A program made the position numbers and the translations under genes. The notes under the pieces are model-generated. The model was not told the DNA's origin and did not search any database. It saw only the letters and a program-made list of their open reading frames with translations. A DNA stretch of 64,000 nucleotides from an uncultured Thermoplasmatales archaeon (GTDB taxonomy: Archaea; Thermoplasmatota; E2; DHVEG-1), in the NCBI GenBank assembly GCA_964347865.1, contig CAYGAC010000044.1, positions 105,206 to 169,205 of the forward strand, written 5' to 3'. This document shows, piece by piece, positions 59,717-64,000 of this stretch (position 1 is the first letter of the stretch; each line of letters starts with the position of its first letter).

Positions 59717-60553
59717 ATGAATAAGAAAATCCTAATAAGCATTGGAATATCAATCCTATTTTTTAGTGCTGCTATTGCGCCTTCTATAAATGCCAATATC
59801 AGTAAAGAGAGTGAACTGGTTGAAATTACCACCGAGATATGCGGACTTGATGGTGAAAAGCATAACGTTCAATTAACACAGGAAGAAGCAGAGGAAGTTG
59901 ATAGGTTATTTGATAATATTAAAGAAAAATTAGATAGAGCAGAGACAAGGGAAGAAGCAGATAGAATATTTGAGAAAGCCGTAGTGGAACTGGATAAATA
60001 TGGACTTCTTGGCGGTTTAAGTGTTGAAAAAGCACAAAAATTAGTCACTGGGAAATTAATAGAATCTAAAATAAATGAAAAAATACCACGATTCCTCAAT
60101 AAGAATAATCTTAGTGAGGGGGAAAATATGTATTCCCTTGTTTATGGATGCAGTAGGCCTATGATATTCATAGCTCCTCATATGTGGATTCCTGCTTTTT
60201 TTATTATGAACCATCCAATATTATTGGCGATATTTGACACATTTATTGATATTATACCGTTAATATTACTTGATTCTTTTTGGGGAATTATAATGTTAGC
60301 TGTATTACTTTCAATTGCTGCTACGGCTTTTATCCCTTCATTTAGCCCAATTAACCTTTTTTCATATATACAAGTAGGTAGGCCATTCCCTGCATCTGGT
60401 ACTTTAATTATTTATGGTATAAATGGAAAACAAAATTTTTCTAAGGATTATCATGGATTTATCTGTGGATTCATGGGGATCAAGATATATAATCCTTATT
60501 TCATTGATGTCCCGCTCTTAGGTGTTTCATATTGGTCTAAAATTATAACTTAA
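59717..60553 (+). CDS. signal-anchored membrane protein, tandem paralogue 2 of 4
   Basis: MNKKILISIGISILFFSA. Its region ICGLDGEKHNVQLTQEEAEEVDRLFDNIKEKLD aligns with paralogue 1. Confidence 0.45.
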   Translation: MNKKILISIGISILFFSAAIAPSINANISKESELVEITTEICGLDGEKHNVQLTQEEAEEVDRLFDNIKEKLDRAETREEADRIFEKAVVELDKYGLLGGLSVEKAQKLVTGKLIESKINEKIPRFLNKNNLSEGENMYSLVYGCSRPMIFIAPHMWIPAFFIMNHPILLAIFDTFIDIIPLILLDSFWGIIMLAVLLSIAATAFIPSFSPINLFSYIQVGRPFPASGTLIIYGINGKQNFSKDYHGFICGFMGIKIYNPYFIDVPLLGVSYWSKIIT

Positions 60554-60575
60554 ATTAATTATATGGAGATGTAGA

Positions 60576-61004
60576 ATGAATAAAAAAATACTCATCGGCT
60601 GTGTAATAGCAGTTGTTCTCCTGATAATATTAAATTTTCCAACTGTTATTAGTGAATCTGATGATATTATTAATGGTAAAATAAATATCTATAGGAATGC
60701 GAGAATTCAAACTAAAGGACGGACTAATGGAATGGTTTTTTGTTTTCCTGGAATCGTTAGGTCATTTGTTAGCTCAACTATTTTTCCTAATAGGATATTT
60801 ATCTTTCGACCATTCGTATATTATAGTTATATTTTTGGTTGGATAGGGTGGAATCTTCATATTAATAGCGAATATATCCCAAAAGGACATGGTTTTATAT
60901 TTGGATTTTCTGGTAAAATATGGAATGGTCCTAGGGAACTAATGGAATTTATAGAATTTAATATAGATGGTATTGGTAGACTTATCATACATATATCTGA
61001 ATGA
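60576..61004 (+). CDS. signal-anchored protein, tandem paralogue 3 of 4 (short)
   Basis: MNKKILIGCVIAVVLLIIL. C-terminal GKIWNGP module shared with paralogue 1. Confidence 0.4.
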   Translation: MNKKILIGCVIAVVLLIILNFPTVISESDDIINGKINIYRNARIQTKGRTNGMVFCFPGIVRSFVSSTIFPNRIFIFRPFVYYSYIFGWIGWNLHINSEYIPKGHGFIFGFSGKIWNGPRELMEFIEFNIDGIGRLIIHISE

Positions 61005-61036
61005 TAACTAAGTTGTATTTGATTTGGTAAGATAAA

Positions 61037-61597
61037 ATGAAGAAATATACTTACATCAGCAGTATCATAGTAGTCACTGTGCTTATTGGTATATTATTTA
61101 CCTCTGTTGTTGGACATAGAAGTATAGAATCTGATGTGAAGGCATCACCATTATTCAATATCAGAAGTAGCAGGGCGATAGATGAAGAAAGAAAGGATTT
61201 TAGGCGTGAGTATATTGGGAAGGGAATACCAACTCTGATAACAATTCCTACTAGAGATAGTATTATAGTATTGATTCGGAAGATTTTAGATGGTATAAGT
61301 AAGATGGATGAAGAAACATCCAATAGGTTTGTTAATTTCTTAATAAATCGTCATGGCAAAATGATTAAAGAAGAAAATATACCTATAATATTAAACGTAC
61401 TTCATCACTTAAAGATTAATCCAGATGAGATAAAGATCCATAATATTAATAAGATAGACAATGAACTTTATACCGAAGAAGGATTTTGTGAAACTGTAGG
61501 TTTTATTTGGGTGCCTGGGTGTATAATTGCGTTTATAATTGGTAATTTAATATGGCTGATTCTCTCTTTTGTAACAATACTTTGGGATTGTCTCTAG
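61037..61597 (+). CDS. signal-anchored protein with C-terminal TM, tandem paralogue 4 of 4 (divergent)
   Basis: MKKYTYISSIIVVTVLIGILF N-terminus like the neighbours. C-terminal TM. Confidence 0.35.
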   Translation: MKKYTYISSIIVVTVLIGILFTSVVGHRSIESDVKASPLFNIRSSRAIDEERKDFRREYIGKGIPTLITIPTRDSIIVLIRKILDGISKMDEETSNRFVNFLINRHGKMIKEENIPIILNVLHHLKINPDEIKIHNINKIDNELYTEEGFCETVGFIWVPGCIIAFIIGNLIWLILSFVTILWDCL

Positions 61598-61635
61598 TCA
61601 TGAATTCTTCTGGTTAAAAACAACATTGGTAGGAA

Positions 61636-61884
61636 TTATTTTGGTTTATGCTTCTCTATTTTTTTATTTGCATTCCAATTGATTATGGTAAAATAAAGAT
61701 ACACAATCGCTAGTTCTATTGCAAATATAAGAAGGAAATATCCAAAGGTTCTCCCTATTCTTATTAAATCTTCAAAATCTGAGATGTTTAATCCAAAGGT
61801 TATAAGTATAGATCCTAAAAATGGTATAAACATACCAATCAAAACAAGTATTATCATTTGAATTAAATCTCTATTTTTTCCCAT
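61636..61884 (-). CDS. small membrane protein (2 TM)
   Basis: 82 aa with two hydrophobic segments. Confidence 0.35.
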   Translation of the reverse strand: MGKNRDLIQMIILVLIGMFIPFLGSILITFGLNISDFEDLIRIGRTFGYFLLIFAIELAIVYLYFTIINWNANKKIEKHKPK

Positions 61885-61930
61885 GTCAAATCATCGATAA
61901 ATAATTCATTATTAAAATTATCCTAATAAT

Positions 61931-64000
61931 TTAAGAATTTAGTTTATAGCCAATTATTGCATTTTGACCTACGGAAATTCCACCATCACCATTTGGAACA
62001 CTGTTATGAACAATAAGTTTCAATCCTGCTTTTTTTACTTGATTTTGGATCATTTCTGTTATTGGTATATTATACGAGACTCCTCCCGTCATGCCAATTG
62101 TTTTAATATTTTGATCTAAAGCAGTTTTAATTGCTATATCAGATAAACTATTCATGATCACTTTGACAATTGAAAACGCAATATCTGCCTTTTCTTGTTC
62201 ACTAAAAGGTGGTTTTATCAATTCATCAATTTGATTAAATAAATCTGTTACTTGAACAATATTATTTTTCAGATTAATATCTAAATTATATCTATTTTTA
62301 CCTATTGTCAAATATTTTTCAAGCTTCATAGCAGGTTCACCACTATAAGTCATGGTAGAACAAATATCAAGATAACTTGAAATCGCATCTAAATACCTTC
62401 CCAGACTACATGAAAGAGGAGATTTATCCATTAATTTTGTTAATATTGATGCTTCTTTTCCAGTGAAGAATTTTTCCTTTCCATATTTTTTAAATATTGC
62501 ATAAACTAACCTTTGTGGATTCATTGTTGCCATATCTCCACCTAATAAAGGGATATATTCAAGATGTCCTATTCTATCAAAACTATGAAAATCTGATAGT
62601 AACACTTCTCCACCCCAAAAAGTTCCATCAGTACCATACCCAAGTCCCTCGATTGAAATAACAACTGAATTATCTATATTATTATCAACAAGAAGTGAGG
62701 CAGCATGTGCCCAATCGTGTTGAACGTCGAAAATTGGAACAAAAAATTCAGTTGCAAATTTTTCAGCAATCTTTCTTGAATCATAACCTGGATGAAGATC
62801 TCGTACAACCGCATCAATTGTAGGTTTTTTCATAGTAAGTTTAATCAAATGACGTAAACTATCCTCTAAAAATTCTAAGGATGCATAATACTTGGAATTA
62901 CCGATATATTGTGTGGTAAAAATATTCTTATCATGAGAAATTGCACCCGTTATATTTTCATCAGCACCAACACTCAAAACACGATTATTGTATGAAACTG
63001 GAATTGGTTCGGGAACAAAACCTCGAGATTTTCTGATAAAAAATGTATTACCATTCCACAATCTTACAACTGAATCATCAATCCTGTTTGGGATTTCTCT
63101 ATTATGCAAAAGATAAACATCTGCATTCAAAGAAAAAACTTCTTCATTTTTAATCATCATTGGTTCGCCAGGTATGTTTGCTGATGTCATAACTAGCGTA
63201 TCGGATTTCAAATAGGAAAATAGAATATAATGCAAACCAGTGTATGGTAGAAAAAGACCAATTGTATTTAAACCAGGTGATGCCTCCTCTGCGTCAATCT
63301 TGTTGATAAGTACAATTGGTTTACTTTTCGACAATAATAATTTCCTTTCATCCTCTGTTATTGTGCCATATTTTTCAGCAATTTCAATAGATCTAACCAT
63401 TACGGCAAATGCTTTTTCAGGGCGTCCATACCATTCTCTAAATCTTTCAATTTCATCAATTTTACAGCATAAATGCATCCCACCCCAAGATTTAATAACC
63501 CCAATTTTTCCCTCTTCAATGTATTCTGCAAATTTTTTAACTGCATCTTTTTCACCCAAGTTGTGGTTATTTTTATCATACAATCGGAAATGTGGACCAC
63601 AAATTGGGCATGATATTGTCTGTGCATGGTATCGACGATTCAATGGATCTTTGAACTCTTTTTCGCATTTATCACATAGAGTAAATGCATCCATGGCAGT
63701 GCGATTTCTATCATAGGGAACATCATTTATGAGACTGTACCTTGCTCCACATACTGTACAATTAGTAAATGGAAAGTGATATCTTCTATTTTTTTTATCA
63801 AAAATCTCATTGTAACAGTCGTCGCACATCCCGATATCAGCTGGGATTAGTGATTGTTTCTCCCCTTTTTTGCTATGAAGTATTCGGAAATCATCAAATG
63901 TTCTGTTATCAGGTCTATAATTAATTTCAGAAATCTGAGCTATAGATGGTAAATTTTGCTTAATAAGCTGAATAAACGTATCAACGTTTTTATCGATAAC
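61931..64000 (-). CDS. hypF: [NiFe]-hydrogenase maturation carbamoyltransferase HypF (N-terminal acylphosphatase domain runs past the window end)
   Basis: Two Zn-finger motifs CxxC-x18-CxxC (CDDCYNEI...CTVCGARYS and CDKCEKEF...CPICGPHF). YrdC-like and Kae1/carbamoyltransferase C-terminal domains. The frame is open upstream of 63829 to the window edge. Confidence 0.8.
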   Translation of the reverse strand, partial: VIDKNVDTFIQLIKQNLPSIAQISEINYRPDNRTFDDFRILHSKKGEKQSLIPADIGMCDDCYNEIFDKKNRRYHFPFTNCTVCGARYSLINDVPYDRNRTAMDAFTLCDKCEKEFKDPLNRRYHAQTISCPICGPHFRLYDKNNHNLGEKDAVKKFAEYIEEGKIGVIKSWGGMHLCCKIDEIERFREWYGRPEKAFAVMVRSIEIAEKYGTITEDERKLLLSKSKPIVLINKIDAEEASPGLNTIGLFLPYTGLHYILFSYLKSDTLVMTSANIPGEPMMIKNEEVFSLNADVYLLHNREIPNRIDDSVVRLWNGNTFFIRKSRGFVPEPIPVSYNNRVLSVGADENITGAISHDKNIFTTQYIGNSKYYASLEFLEDSLRHLIKLTMKKPTIDAVVRDLHPGYDSRKIAEKFATEFFVPIFDVQHDWAHAASLLVDNNIDNSVVISIEGLGYGTDGTFWGGEVLLSDFHSFDRIGHLEYIPLLGGDMATMNPQRLVYAIFKKYGKEKFFTGKEASILTKLMDKSPLSCSLGRYLDAISSYLDICSTMTYSGEPAMKLEKYLTIGKNRYNLDINLKNNIVQVTDLFNQIDELIKPPFSEQEKADIAFSIVKVIMNSLSDIAIKTALDQNIKTIGMTGGVSYNIPITEMIQNQVKKAGLKLIVHNSVPNGDGGISVGQNAIIGYKLNS

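Noticed and set aside
1-64000. CRISPR arrays, integrases, transposases and toxin-antitoxin pairs
   Set aside because: There are no regularly spaced direct repeats, and no proteins with integrase, transposase or Cas hallmarks. Apart from the two beta-helix genes at 47211..48194 and 57633..58785 and the tandem signal-anchored paralogue array at 58787..61597, the only repeated sequences are the short stem-enclosed intergenic elements reported above, which lack terminal inverted repeats or target-site duplications.

Overview
This is a 64 kb, AT-rich (roughly 30% GC by eye) chromosomal segment that looks archaeal. The archaeal hallmarks are aEF-1beta with its upstream Zn-ribbon partner, an IPK/IDI-2/GGPP-synthase isoprenoid block, archaeal-type iPGM (ApgM), class-I GluRS, Ogg2, a COG1031-type radical SAM protein with C-terminal HhH, several stand-alone Lrp/AsnC RAM domains, and HypF. 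Gene density is high and all three stop codons are used as terminators, so the code is standard. I found no CRISPR array, integrase, transposase or rRNA, and no recognisable tRNA.

The main functional blocks are:
- A four-gene glycogen locus: alpha-glucan phosphorylase, GDE-type debranching enzyme, a GH57 enzyme and a glycogen-synthase-like GT.
- A surface-glycan/lipid glycosylation locus with GT1-like, GT-C-like and GT4 genes, a radical SAM/SPASM enzyme and a flippase-like membrane protein.
- A mevalonate/isoprenoid block (IPK, IDI-2, GGPPS) beside GluRS.
- A DNA-repair pair (Ogg2 and an AlkD-like protein) flanking a permease with a YHS/TRASH domain.
- Two extracellular-protein loci made of parallel beta-helix, Asp-box/BNR, CARDB-like and metalloprotease genes, plus a tandem array of four paralogous signal-anchored proteins.

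The things most worth a second look are:
1. A family of at least three intergenic stem-enclosed elements whose loops carry a conserved pyrimidine core (CATC..TTTCCTCC(C/T)TTC, an anti-Shine-Dalgarno-like CCUCC). Two further hairpins carry GGAGG in the loop.
2. A 600-nt ORF-free stretch with raised GC and several inverted repeats, which is a candidate structured ncRNA.
3. Three disrupted genes, all encoding exported or membrane proteins: a roughly 3.5 kb secreted-protein gene with two in-frame stops (TAA and TGA) and no frameshift, a frameshifted ABC-2 permease, and a frameshifted beta-helix gene. This looks like either gene decay or systematic assembly errors.
4. A RAM-domain pair in which a stand-alone Lrp-type ligand-binding domain is translationally coupled to a polytopic membrane protein that has its own C-terminal RAM domain.
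5. A mini-RNase III (no dsRBD) in an archaeal context.
6. Two small genes missing from the ORF track: a 55-aa 2x[4Fe-4S] ferredoxin and the 54-aa Zn-ribbon protein upstream of EF-1beta.

Every functional call below comes from motif recognition by eye, with no database search, and should be read as a hypothesis.
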